From Candidatus Amphirhobacter sp. (GTDB lineage: Bacteria > Pseudomonadota > Gammaproteobacteria > Tethybacterales > Tethybacteraceae), in NCBI GenBank assembly GCA_965222035.1, contig OZ244940.1, positions 1,775,852-1,839,851 on the forward strand: 64,000 bases of DNA, written 5' to 3'. The position numbers and the translations under genes are program-made. The notes below the pieces were generated by a model. That model saw only the letters and a list, made by a program, of their open reading frames with translations. It had not been told where the DNA came from and made no database searches. Positions 53,829-62,443 of the stretch are shown here, in pieces; the stretch's first letter is position 1, and each line of letters begins with the position of its first letter.

Positions 53829-55133
53829 TTATGCGCTGCGGCCCTGCAAGAAAGCCAGCACCTGGTCGAGCCGGTCGAGATGCGGCAAGTGCCCGCAGTC
53901 GCCCAGGAAGTGCGCGCCGACATGCGGGGGCAGGGCGGTCGCGTCCTGCCACGGCAGCACCGCATCGTCCAGCCCGAACAGCGCCCGCGCCGGGACCGTG
54001 ACGCGCTCGAGCGCCGGCCGGATGTCGAGGGCCTGGGTGCCGCGCGGGAACCACGTCGCCGCCATCAGCTCCAGCGCCTCGGCGCGCTCGCGCAGCTCTT
54101 CATGCAAGACGTCGACAGCCTCGGGCCCGAGCTCGCTCATGGCGCGTCCCAGAAAACCCAGGGCGGGCTTGAGATCCTTGCCATGCGCGGCCGCGAGCAT
54201 GCTCTTGATGAAAGAGGCGTTGCATGCCTTGCCCAATCCGGCTGGAGACAGCAAGCACAGCTCAGTGATGTCCCGGTCCTGCGCCGCGAGCTCGGCCGCG
54301 ACCACCGCGCCCAGCGAGATGCCGGCCACCCGCAGCGGGCCCTTGTGCTTGAGGCGCGTCGCGCTGATGATGTCGGCCGCGATGCTCGCTGGCTCCAGGT
54401 TGTCCGAAGCCTGGGAGCGGCCGTGGCCGGGCAGGTCGACCGCATAGACGCCGACGCCGGCGTCGGTGAGGCTGGCCGCCAGGCCGGACCAGGTCTTGAG
54501 CGAGCCGAACAGCCCGTGGATCAGCAGCCACGGATGCTGCTGCCTGCGCCGCCGCGGGCGCCAGTGCTGCAAGAACAGATGCGAGTGCATGCCCGCAGTT
54601 GATTTAGGCTTGCCCGCTTTAGCTTTGTTGTTCTGCTTGCGCATTGCTCCCTCATTGTTCTGTTTAGCCGCGGCGACTACATCCGCGGCGGTTACGCGAC
54701 CGCGGCGGCCGCTGCCGGCAACTGTGGCGACGTCCACGCCCTGCTGCTTGGCGACCCGCTTGGCATTCGGCGAAGCCAGCGCCTGGCCGTCTGCAACCGC
54801 GCGCTGCTGCTTGGCCGCGGTCTTCTTGGTACCGGTACTCTTGCCGGATTTCTTGGCCGCTGGATCATTGCCGGCGGCGGCCGCCGCTTCGCCGCTGACG
54901 ACCGCCAGCGGCTCGCCGACGGCGATCTTGGTACCGGGCGCCGCGAGGATCTCGACCAGCTTGCCGTCCTTGAGCGCCGGCATTTCCACCACCGTCTTGT
55001 CGGTCTCGATCTCCGCGATCACCTCGCCGCGCTTGAAACTGTCGCCGGCCTGCTTGAGCCACGCGACCACCGTTCCTTCCTCCATGGTCTCGCCCAGCCG
55101 GGGCAACGGCAGCTTGGCTTGCTTGCTTGCCAT
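53829..55133 (-). CDS. acoC: AcoC-type E2 component: lipoyl domain plus E3-binding domain plus alpha/beta-hydrolase domain
   Basis: Lipoyl-lysine motif EIETDKTVVEMPA and PSBD ASPNAKRVAKQQGVDVATVAGSGRRGRV. The C-terminus has LIHGLFGS ... GISLGA (nucleophile elbow GxSxG) instead of a 2-oxoacid acyltransferase core. Confidence 0.7.
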   Translation of the reverse strand: MASKQAKLPLPRLGETMEEGTVVAWLKQAGDSFKRGEVIAEIETDKTVVEMPALKDGKLVEILAAPGTKIAVGEPLAVVSGEAAAAAGNDPAAKKSGKSTGTKKTAAKQQRAVADGQALASPNAKRVAKQQGVDVATVAGSGRRGRVTAADVVAAAKQNNEGAMRKQNNKAKAGKPKSTAGMHSHLFLQHWRPRRRRQQHPWLLIHGLFGSLKTWSGLAASLTDAGVGVYAVDLPGHGRSQASDNLEPASIAADIISATRLKHKGPLRVAGISLGAVVAAELAAQDRDITELCLLSPAGLGKACNASFIKSMLAAAHGKDLKPALGFLGRAMSELGPEAVDVLHEELRERAEALELMAATWFPRGTQALDIRPALERVTVPARALFGLDDAVLPWQDATALPPHVGAHFLGDCGHLPHLDRLDQVLAFLQGRSA

Positions 55134-55142
55134 GATCTCCTC

Positions 55143-56150
55143 CTAGTCCCAGTCCGGCTGCGGGCCGCGGCGCAGCAACTTGCATGCCGCGGCGGCGATC
55201 AGGTCGGCGTCGGGCACGCAGGCGCGCTCGAGATTGGGCGCGACCGGAATCGGCACGTCCTCGCCTGCGATCCGCAGCACCGGCTCCTCGAGATGGTCGA
55301 AGCAAGTCTCCTGCAGCCGCGCGGCGATCTCCGCGCTCGGGCCGAAGGACAGCACCGCTTCGGTGACCACCATGGCATGATGCGTACGGCGCACTGACTC
55401 AGCCAAAGTGTCCTCATCGAGGGGATTGAGCGTGCGCAGGTTGATCACCTCCGCCTCGATGCCGTGCTCCGCCAGCTGCTCCGCCGCCGCCAAGGCGTAA
55501 TCGAGCATGCGCGAATAGGCGATGATGGTCACATCCTGTCCCGCGCGGCTGACGTGGGCGCGGCCCCACGGCGCGTCGGCCTTCTTGCCGAGCTCGCCCT
55601 TCTTGACATACAGCCCCTTGTGCTCGATGAACAAAACCGGATCGGGCTGGCGGATGGCGTCCCGCAGCAGGAAGTAGGCGTCGTTGATGGTCGCCGGCAG
55701 CGCCACCCGCAGGCCGGGTACGTGCGCGCCCCAGCCCTCGAGGCTCTGCGAATGCTGGGCCGCCGCCGAGCGGCCGGTCCCGCCCTGGGTGCGAAGCACC
55801 AGCGGGACGCTGGCCGCGCCCCCGAACATATAGCGGATCTTCGCCGCTTGGTTCGCGAGCTGGTCCATCGCCATGGCGAGGAAATCGACGTACATCAATT
55901 CAGCGATCGGCAGCAGGCCCTCGAGCGCCATGCCCACCGAGGTCCCGACGATGCCGGGCTCGGAAATCGGCGTGTCGATGACGCGCTCGGGCCCGAAGCG
56001 CTCGAGCAGCCCGCGGGTGACGCCGTAGGCCCCGCCATAGGCGCCGACCTCCTCGCCCAGGACCACCACCTTGCCGTCGGCGGCCATGGCGTCGGCGATG
56101 GCCTGGCCCAAGGCCTCGCGGTAGGTGGTCTCAACCACGGCTGCGCTCAT
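55143..56150 (-). CDS. acoB: Acetoin/2-oxoacid dehydrogenase E1 beta subunit
   Basis: Transketolase-like pyrimidine-binding and C-terminal domains (VVLGEEVG..GGAYGVT, DTPISE). Confidence 0.85.
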   Translation of the reverse strand: MSAAVVETTYREALGQAIADAMAADGKVVVLGEEVGAYGGAYGVTRGLLERFGPERVIDTPISEPGIVGTSVGMALEGLLPIAELMYVDFLAMAMDQLANQAAKIRYMFGGAASVPLVLRTQGGTGRSAAAQHSQSLEGWGAHVPGLRVALPATINDAYFLLRDAIRQPDPVLFIEHKGLYVKKGELGKKADAPWGRAHVSRAGQDVTIIAYSRMLDYALAAAEQLAEHGIEAEVINLRTLNPLDEDTLAESVRRTHHAMVVTEAVLSFGPSAEIAARLQETCFDHLEEPVLRIAGEDVPIPVAPNLERACVPDADLIAAAACKLLRRGPQPDWD

Positions 56151-57154
56151 TGCTCGGCGAGGATGCGCGCGAGCCGCGTACGCAGCGCTTGGGGCCGGGG
56201 CTCGTTGGGGCCGTAGACGTCGGTGAACAAATCATCCGCCGGCGGCGGGTCCGCGGCGATTGCGGCCTCGACCGCCGCGTCCATCTCCGCGGCAATCGTG
56301 GCGTCGAGCTGGTCGAGCTTGGCGCCCGCGCCCTTGGCCTTGGCGAGCTTCGCCCGCGCCCGCAGGACGGGATCGCGCTTGCGGCCCGCCTTTTCCTCCT
56401 TGTCGTCGCGATAAGGGCTCTTGTCCATGCGGGCGTGGCCGAAGAAGCGGTAGCAGTTGATCACCAGCAGGGCGGGCTGGCCCTTGCGCGCGCCGGCGAG
56501 CAGCGGCTTGGCGGTACGCATGACGGTCTCGGCGTCGGCGCCGTCGGCGGTGGTCGCCTCCAGCCCGAAGCTGCGCGCGCGCGGGATGAAGTCCATCTTG
56601 GCGGCCGCGCGGCTGATGTGGGTCCCCATGCCGTACTCGTTGTTGATGCATACGAACACCGCCGGCAGGCTCCACAGCGCGGCCATGTTCATGCTCTCGT
56701 ACAGCAGGCCCTGCTGCATGGCGCCGTCGCCGAAGAAGGCGACCGCGAGGCGCTTGGCCTTGGCCTGCTTGTAGGCGTAGGCGGCGCCGACGCTGTGGGG
56801 GATGCCGCCGCCGACGATGGCGTTCGCGCCCAGGCTGCCGAGTTTCATGTCCGCGATGTGCATGGAGCCGCCCTTGCCGCCGCAGTAGCCGCGGCGCTTG
56901 CCCGCGATCTCCGCCATCATGCGCTCGGGATCGCCGCCGCGCGCGAGGCAGATGCCGTGGCCGCGGTGATGGGTGGTGAAGGAATCGCCCTTGCGCATCA
57001 GCAGGCAGACCGCGGCCGCGGCCTCCTCGCCGATGGACAAGTGCAGCATGCTGCCGGCCGAGCCGCCGCGCACGAACAATTCGCCGACGCGCTCCTCGAA
57101 GCTGCGGATGCGGCGCATCGCCGTGTAGAGGTCGCGGAGCTGCGGATCGGGCAT
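56147..57154 (-). CDS. acoA: Acetoin/2-oxoacid dehydrogenase E1 alpha subunit (TPP-dependent)
   Basis: TPP motif region FFGDGAMQQG...NNEYGM. Start chosen at MPDPQLRDLY; the listed ORF extends to 57244. Confidence 0.8.
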   Translation of the reverse strand: MPDPQLRDLYTAMRRIRSFEERVGELFVRGGSAGSMLHLSIGEEAAAAVCLLMRKGDSFTTHHRGHGICLARGGDPERMMAEIAGKRRGYCGGKGGSMHIADMKLGSLGANAIVGGGIPHSVGAAYAYKQAKAKRLAVAFFGDGAMQQGLLYESMNMAALWSLPAVFVCINNEYGMGTHISRAAAKMDFIPRARSFGLEATTADGADAETVMRTAKPLLAGARKGQPALLVINCYRFFGHARMDKSPYRDDKEEKAGRKRDPVLRARAKLAKAKGAGAKLDQLDATIAAEMDAAVEAAIAADPPPADDLFTDVYGPNEPRPQALRTRLARILAEQ

Positions 57155-57243
57155 GGTCGGTGGCGGGAACGAGCGGATAAGGGGAATATCATTGTAAGCG
57201 AAAGTAGAATCGCCGCTGCGTTCATGCGGGCAAGAACAGGGCA

Positions 57244-58332
57244 ATGAAGATCGACGGCAAGGCCTGGCGCACCATCTGGCCGCTCAAGGACGAGGCCGTT
57301 GGAATCATCGACCAGCGCCGCCTGCCGCATGAGTTCGTGACCATGGAGCTGCGCGATCTCGGCGCCGCCTGCGAGGCCATCAGCGACATGGCCGTCCGCG
57401 GCGCGCCCCTGATCGGCGCGACCGCCGCCTACGGCTTGTGCCTGGCCGCCAACGAGGACCCGGATCTCGAAGCCTTGCGCGCGGCCGGCGAGCGTTTGTG
57501 CGCGACCCGCCCGACGGCGGTCAACCTGCGCTGGGCGGTCGACCGCATGCTGATGCAGCTGAATAAGGCCCACATCGGCGCACGCGATACCGCCGCCTGG
57601 AAGGAGGCCGCGCTGATCTGCGATGAGGACGTTGAGACCAACCGCGCGCTCGGCGCGCACGGCAAGGATCTGATCGCCGAACTAGCCAAGGGCAAGGACG
57701 GCCCGGTGAACGTGCTCACTCATTGCAACGCCGGCTGGCTGGCGTGCGTCGACTGGGGGACGGCGACCTCGGCGATCTACCAGGCCCACGACGCCGGCAT
57801 CGACGTGCATGTCTGGGTCGATGAGACCCGCCCGCGCAACCAGGGCGCCTTCTTGACCGCCTGGGAGCTGGGCCGCCACGGCGTCCCGCACACGGTGATC
57901 GCGGACAACGCCGGCGGGCATTTGATGCAGCACGGCCAGGTCGACATCTGCATCGTCGGCACCGACCGCACCACCGGCGCCGGCGACGTGTGCAACAAGA
58001 TCGGTACTTATCTCAAGGCGCTCGCCGCGCACGACAATGGCATTCCGTTCTACGCCGCGCTGCCGTCCCCGAGCCTCGATCCCAAGCTCGCCGACGGTGT
58101 CGCCGAGATCCCCATCGAAGAGCGCTCGGCCCGCGAGGTCACCCACATCAGCGGCCTGACTGATGGCGGGGAGGTCGCGGAGGTGCAGCTGACGCCGGCG
58201 GGCAGCGGCGTGGGCAATCCGGGCTTTGACGTTACCCCGGCGCGGCTGGTCACCGGGCTGATTACCGAGCGCGGCGTGCTCAAAGCCGACCGCGCCAGCC
58301 TCAAAGAGGCCTTTCCCGAGCTGTTCGCCTAG
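57244..58332 (+). CDS. mtnA: S-methyl-5-thioribose-1-phosphate isomerase
   Basis: LTHCNAGWLA, VGTDRTTGAGDVCNKIGTY and IPFYAALPSPS are characteristic of MtnA/eIF-2B-related isomerases. Confidence 0.85.
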   Translation: MKIDGKAWRTIWPLKDEAVGIIDQRRLPHEFVTMELRDLGAACEAISDMAVRGAPLIGATAAYGLCLAANEDPDLEALRAAGERLCATRPTAVNLRWAVDRMLMQLNKAHIGARDTAAWKEAALICDEDVETNRALGAHGKDLIAELAKGKDGPVNVLTHCNAGWLACVDWGTATSAIYQAHDAGIDVHVWVDETRPRNQGAFLTAWELGRHGVPHTVIADNAGGHLMQHGQVDICIVGTDRTTGAGDVCNKIGTYLKALAAHDNGIPFYAALPSPSLDPKLADGVAEIPIEERSAREVTHISGLTDGGEVAEVQLTPAGSGVGNPGFDVTPARLVTGLITERGVLKADRASLKEAFPELFA

Positions 58333-59615
58333 GCGAGATCGGGCTCGCTGGCGTCGAGTTTTTCGGCGGCGGCGATCACATCGCTGATAGTACTGAAGCG
58401 CCCGGGGTCGGTGAGCAGCTGATGGGACAGTTCGAGCGCGCGGGCCTCGCAGCGCGCGCGGACGTCGGCTTCTTCGATGTGATCGAAGTCGATGTTGTGC
58501 GCGATGCCCAGTACCCGACGGGTCAGGGACGTACCGCAAAAGCCCAGCGCGTCGGCATACAGCGCGTCCATGTACTTGCTCCGCTCGGCCTCGAGCGACT
58601 TCTCATCGCTATGCAGCCGCAACTGATAAGCGGCGCCACGAGCTAGGTCAGGATCGCGCCACAGTTTCAAGAAGCGGTCGCGAAAGCCGGTCCATAGTTC
58701 TTCGGCGCACTGCAGCAGCCACTGTCGGTAGGGATCGCGCGCGCCGGAATCGGGCTCGTGGCCGCGCTGGCTGAAGAAGCTGATGAGGAAGTTGGCGATC
58801 AGCTTGCCGACATCAAAACCCATGGGCCCGAAGAAGGCGAACTCCGGGTCGATGACGCGCAGGTCGCCGTCGGCGACCATGATCGAGCCGGTGTGCAGGT
58901 CGCCGTGCAGCAGCGCTTGGGATGAAGACAGGAACTTGAGCTTGAGCTGCGCGACGCGCGCATGCAGGTCGCGGTCGGCCCGCCAGCGCGCGGCGTAGCC
59001 ATCGAGCTGCGGGGCGGTCCAGCGGTTGTTGGCGTGCTCGATGTAGGGCTCGGTGAAGATCACGTCCTCGGTCAGGCCGCACAGCACGTGGTTGCCGCCG
59101 AACTCCCCGGCGCGCAGCCGCTTGGTACCGGCCTCGAGATGCAGGTCCGAGGTTAGGAACAGGTTGCGCGCCATGAACTCGGCGAGCTGGGCGGCGCAGC
59201 CCTCGATGCGCTCGCCGGCGATCATCGGCTTGCGCATGATGGCATGCGGGCGCAGCAGCTCCATGACGATGCAATACAGTTTTTCGTGATAGGCGTGCAC
59301 CGCCGGGACCAGGCCGGGCGTGATCTCGTTCTCGCTCGCGAGGGCGAGGTGCTCGTAATAGGCGCGCGACAGCGGCAGCGGCCAGGCCTCGCCGACCAGC
59401 CGCAGGTAGGGCAGCGCCTGCTTGACGACCAGCCCGCCGCCGGGCCCGGTTACGATGAAGACCTGGTTGAGGTTGCCGTCGCCGACTTCCTCGGTCTGCC
59501 AGTCGGCCGGGCTGCCGCCGAGCAGCGCGGCGGCCTTGTTGTCGTCGGCCAGCAGCTTGCCGGCCGCGGCCTCATCGAGGATGTGGTAGCCGGGCGGGGA
59601 TTCGAGTTCAGGCAT
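58329..59615 (-). CDS. mtnK: S-methyl-5-thioribose kinase
   Basis: EVGDGNLNQVF, KQALPYLRLVGEAWPL and LLHGDLHTGSIMV..VIDPEFAFFGPMGFDVG parallel Bacillus MtnK as remembered. Confidence 0.85.
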   Translation of the reverse strand: MPELESPPGYHILDEAAAGKLLADDNKAAALLGGSPADWQTEEVGDGNLNQVFIVTGPGGGLVVKQALPYLRLVGEAWPLPLSRAYYEHLALASENEITPGLVPAVHAYHEKLYCIVMELLRPHAIMRKPMIAGERIEGCAAQLAEFMARNLFLTSDLHLEAGTKRLRAGEFGGNHVLCGLTEDVIFTEPYIEHANNRWTAPQLDGYAARWRADRDLHARVAQLKLKFLSSSQALLHGDLHTGSIMVADGDLRVIDPEFAFFGPMGFDVGKLIANFLISFFSQRGHEPDSGARDPYRQWLLQCAEELWTGFRDRFLKLWRDPDLARGAAYQLRLHSDEKSLEAERSKYMDALYADALGFCGTSLTRRVLGIAHNIDFDHIEEADVRARCEARALELSHQLLTDPGRFSTISDVIAAAEKLDASEPDLA

Positions 59616-59716
59616 GACGACGGCTCTATTTTAATTGGTGCGCTGGTTGAGCGAAGGAGTTCAGGCGTCGTGGCCCTGCGTCTGCTCAGAATTGATTTCG
59701 CTTAAAATACGATTGC

Positions 59717-60874
59717 ATGGCGAAGATTATTGAAAATCCATTCAACCCTGGTCCGGGGACCGTGCCTTTGTATATTGCTGGCCGGCGGCGGGAACGAAGA
59801 TTGATTGAGCAAGTCCTGCTGAGGGTGTCGGGATCAGGCTCAATCAAGAAAGGGAAACTGCGACCCCTAGCACCAATCAAGATTGTGGGCCCTCGTGGAG
59901 TGGGCAAGACCACGTTGCTGTACGAAGCGAAGAGGATGGCTCGGAGCCAAAACATCCAAGTGCTTCTCCTTTCAGAGCTCAACAGTTTGGCTGACGCCCA
60001 ATTATTGAACGGCCTAATGGGCGAGAAAGCCTACGAACGCCTGTTGGGCAAACTCGCTCGGCGCAAGAGCATGTCGGCTGGTTTTGCGGACATAGCCTGG
60101 GAGCCGGAGGATGTCGGTTTGGAGCAGCTCTTCCGCAAGAAAATGGCTAGGCGCCCGCTGCTGTTGGCGCTCGACGAGTTGATGCACTATGAGCCGCAGG
60201 CGTTGAGCGGGCTCTTGCGGGTATGCCATACATTGATTGGGGACAAACAGCCGCTAGCGGTGATGATGGCAGGTACGCCAGAGTCCGACCAGCTGTTGGA
60301 TCAGCTGCCAGCGAGATTCGCCGAGGACGTCATTGATATTGACATCAACGGCCTGAGCGACGATGAGACACTAGATGCCTTGGCCCGACCCTTCGAAATG
60401 CTTGGTGCGAAGGCTACATCCGCGGCGCTGCGACGCATGGTTGAGCTGAGCGACCACTATCCATATTTCATTCAGATTGTTGGTTATGAGGTTTGGAAGG
60501 CCATGTCGGCGACTGGCAAGAGTAAAGCAGGCTTGGCGTTGGTCAAGCAGGCTGAGCCTGCCATTAATATGAGGAGGGAACATCTCTACAGCAAGATCCA
60601 CGATTGGGTAATCAACAATGGTTTGCGCAAGCATGCTGAGCGAGCCGAGGAAATTCTCAAGATGAACCAAGGCAAGGTTGATTATGTCGCGATGCTCTCG
60701 GGCTTAGCTGGCAAAAAAATGAATGTGTTCGGTCAAGAGCATATCGAGATTTTCAACCAGTTGCTGGATCGGGGTCTTATCTGGACGGAGGGCGATGAGG
60801 TAGAAGCGGGCCTCCCGTCATTTTTTGACTACTGCCATCAGATTGTTGAGGAAGCGAAGCAAGAAAAATTGTAA
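59717..60874 (+). CDS. ORC/STAND-like P-loop ATPase (AAA_16 / ATPase_2-like), copy 1
   Basis: N-terminal NPFNPG...YIAGRRRE, Walker A GPRGVGKTTLL, Walker B LLLALDELMH, and a likely winged-helix C-terminus. GC is intermediate. Confidence 0.65.
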   Translation: MAKIIENPFNPGPGTVPLYIAGRRRERRLIEQVLLRVSGSGSIKKGKLRPLAPIKIVGPRGVGKTTLLYEAKRMARSQNIQVLLLSELNSLADAQLLNGLMGEKAYERLLGKLARRKSMSAGFADIAWEPEDVGLEQLFRKKMARRPLLLALDELMHYEPQALSGLLRVCHTLIGDKQPLAVMMAGTPESDQLLDQLPARFAEDVIDIDINGLSDDETLDALARPFEMLGAKATSAALRRMVELSDHYPYFIQIVGYEVWKAMSATGKSKAGLALVKQAEPAINMRREHLYSKIHDWVINNGLRKHAERAEEILKMNQGKVDYVAMLSGLAGKKMNVFGQEHIEIFNQLLDRGLIWTEGDEVEAGLPSFFDYCHQIVEEAKQEKL

Positions 60875-60962
60875 TGTGCTCCATCCCACCCGGGCGGTGG
60901 CCATCTTTAAAATGCACCGCCGCGCCGCCGGAGTGAGAAGGACCGGGATGCGGTAAAAAGGG

Positions 60963-61020
60963 ATGGAGAGGAGCGAGCTGCCAGAGTGGTTCCGGGCGAA
61001 GCCTGGCAAGCAGCGCCTGC
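60963..61020 (+). pseudogene. Duplicated 5' fragment of the ABC permease gene (first ~19 codons, MERSELPEWFRAKPGKQRL)
   Basis: Nearly identical to 62444-62500. After the junction, the reading frame runs into antisense mtnK-derived sequence (chimeric 74-aa ORF 60963-61187). Confidence 0.8.
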
Positions 61021-61100
61021 TAGTCGGACTAGCTGTCGCCGAGCAGCGTGGCGGCCTCATCGAGGATGAGGTAGCCGGGCGGGGATTCGAGTTCAGGCAT
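61021..61100 (-). pseudogene. Duplicated 5' fragment of mtnK (MPELESPPGY... then premature stop)
   Basis: The reverse complement matches the first codons of mtnK (59615 downward). It has a few substitutions and a 36-nt internal deletion. Confidence 0.8.
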
Positions 61101-61198
61101 GGCGACGGCTCTATAATTGGCGCGCTGGCTGAGCGAAGACATCCGGATGTCGCGGCTCTGCGTTCAACCAAGATTGATTTCGCTTAAAATACGATTGC

Positions 61199-62356
61199 AT
61201 GGCGAAGACTGTCAAAAACCCATTCAATCCTGGCACGGCGACTCAGCCCGTGTATGTGGCTGGTCGGTTGAAAGAGAGGGAACTCATCGAGGAAACCTTG
61301 TTGGGGATAACGGACTTGGATCCAGCTGATGAGACGCAGCCAGGCCCGCTTGTACCTCTCAAGATTGTGGGTCCTCGCGGCGTGGGCAAAACCACATTGC
61401 TTCTTGAAGCGAAGAAGTTGGCCAAGAGTCACAAAATCCAGGTGCTGCACCTCTCGGAGCTCAACAGTTTGGCTGACGCTAAGCTATTGACCGGCCTAGT
61501 GGGCGAGAAAGCCAAGGAACGCCTGCTGAACAAACTCTCCCGGATCAAAGGCATATCGGCTGGTCCCGTGGGCGTAGCCTGGGAGCCGGAGCAAATCGGT
61601 TTGGAGGATTCCTTCCGCAAGAAAATGGCGGAGCAGCCGTTGCTGTTGCTGCTTGATGAGCTGATGCACTATGAGCCCAAGGCGCTGAGCGGGCTGTTGC
61701 GAATATGCCAGCAATTGATTGGTGACAGAGAGCCGCTGGCGGTGATAATGGCAGGTACACCGCAGACTGACCAGGTGCTAGGCCAGCTGAAAGCGAGCTT
61801 CATTGAGAGAGTCAATAAGATTTACATCAACGCCTTTGACGATGATGAGACCCTGGACGCCTTGGCCCGTCCCTTCAAACTGCACAAGGCCAAGGTTGCG
61901 CCTGCGGCACTGGCTCGCATGACGAAGTTGCCCGATAACTATCCGTTTTTCATCCAGATTGTTGGCCGTGAGGTTTGGAAAGCTATGTCGGCAACTGGCA
62001 AGCGCGAAGTAAGCTTGGCGCTAGTCAAGCAGACTGAGCCTGCCATTAAAGAGAAACGGGAAAGTTTCTACGAAGAGATTCATGCAAAGATAATCAGTGC
62101 TTCTTTGCTCAAGCATGCGGAACGAGCCATGGAAATCCTAGGAAAGAACCAGGGCAAGGTCAAGCGTGTGACGATGATCTCGGGTTTGGCGGGCAAGAAA
62201 AAGAACGTGTTCGGCCCAGAGCATGTGGAAATTTTCAACAAGTTGATGGATCGGGGTTTCATCTGGATGCGGCGCGGTCGGGTGGAAGCGGGCATTCCAT
62301 CATTTTTTGACTACTGTCAGCAGGACGCTAAGGAAGTGGGGCACGAAGCAATTTAA
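61199..62356 (+). CDS. ORC/STAND-like P-loop ATPase, copy 2
   Basis: Same length (385 aa) and colinear with copy 1, about 60-65% aa identity by eye. Same Walker A (GPRGVGKTTLL) and Walker B (LLLLLDELMH). Confidence 0.65.
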   Translation: MAKTVKNPFNPGTATQPVYVAGRLKERELIEETLLGITDLDPADETQPGPLVPLKIVGPRGVGKTTLLLEAKKLAKSHKIQVLHLSELNSLADAKLLTGLVGEKAKERLLNKLSRIKGISAGPVGVAWEPEQIGLEDSFRKKMAEQPLLLLLDELMHYEPKALSGLLRICQQLIGDREPLAVIMAGTPQTDQVLGQLKASFIERVNKIYINAFDDDETLDALARPFKLHKAKVAPAALARMTKLPDNYPFFIQIVGREVWKAMSATGKREVSLALVKQTEPAIKEKRESFYEEIHAKIISASLLKHAERAMEILGKNQGKVKRVTMISGLAGKKKNVFGPEHVEIFNKLMDRGFIWMRRGRVEAGIPSFFDYCQQDAKEVGHEAI

Positions 62357-62443
62357 TTCGCTCCATGCCGCCCGGGCGGCGGCTATCCTAAAATGCAGCG
62401 TCGCGCCGCCGGAGTGAGAAGGGCCGGGACGCGGTAAAAAGGG

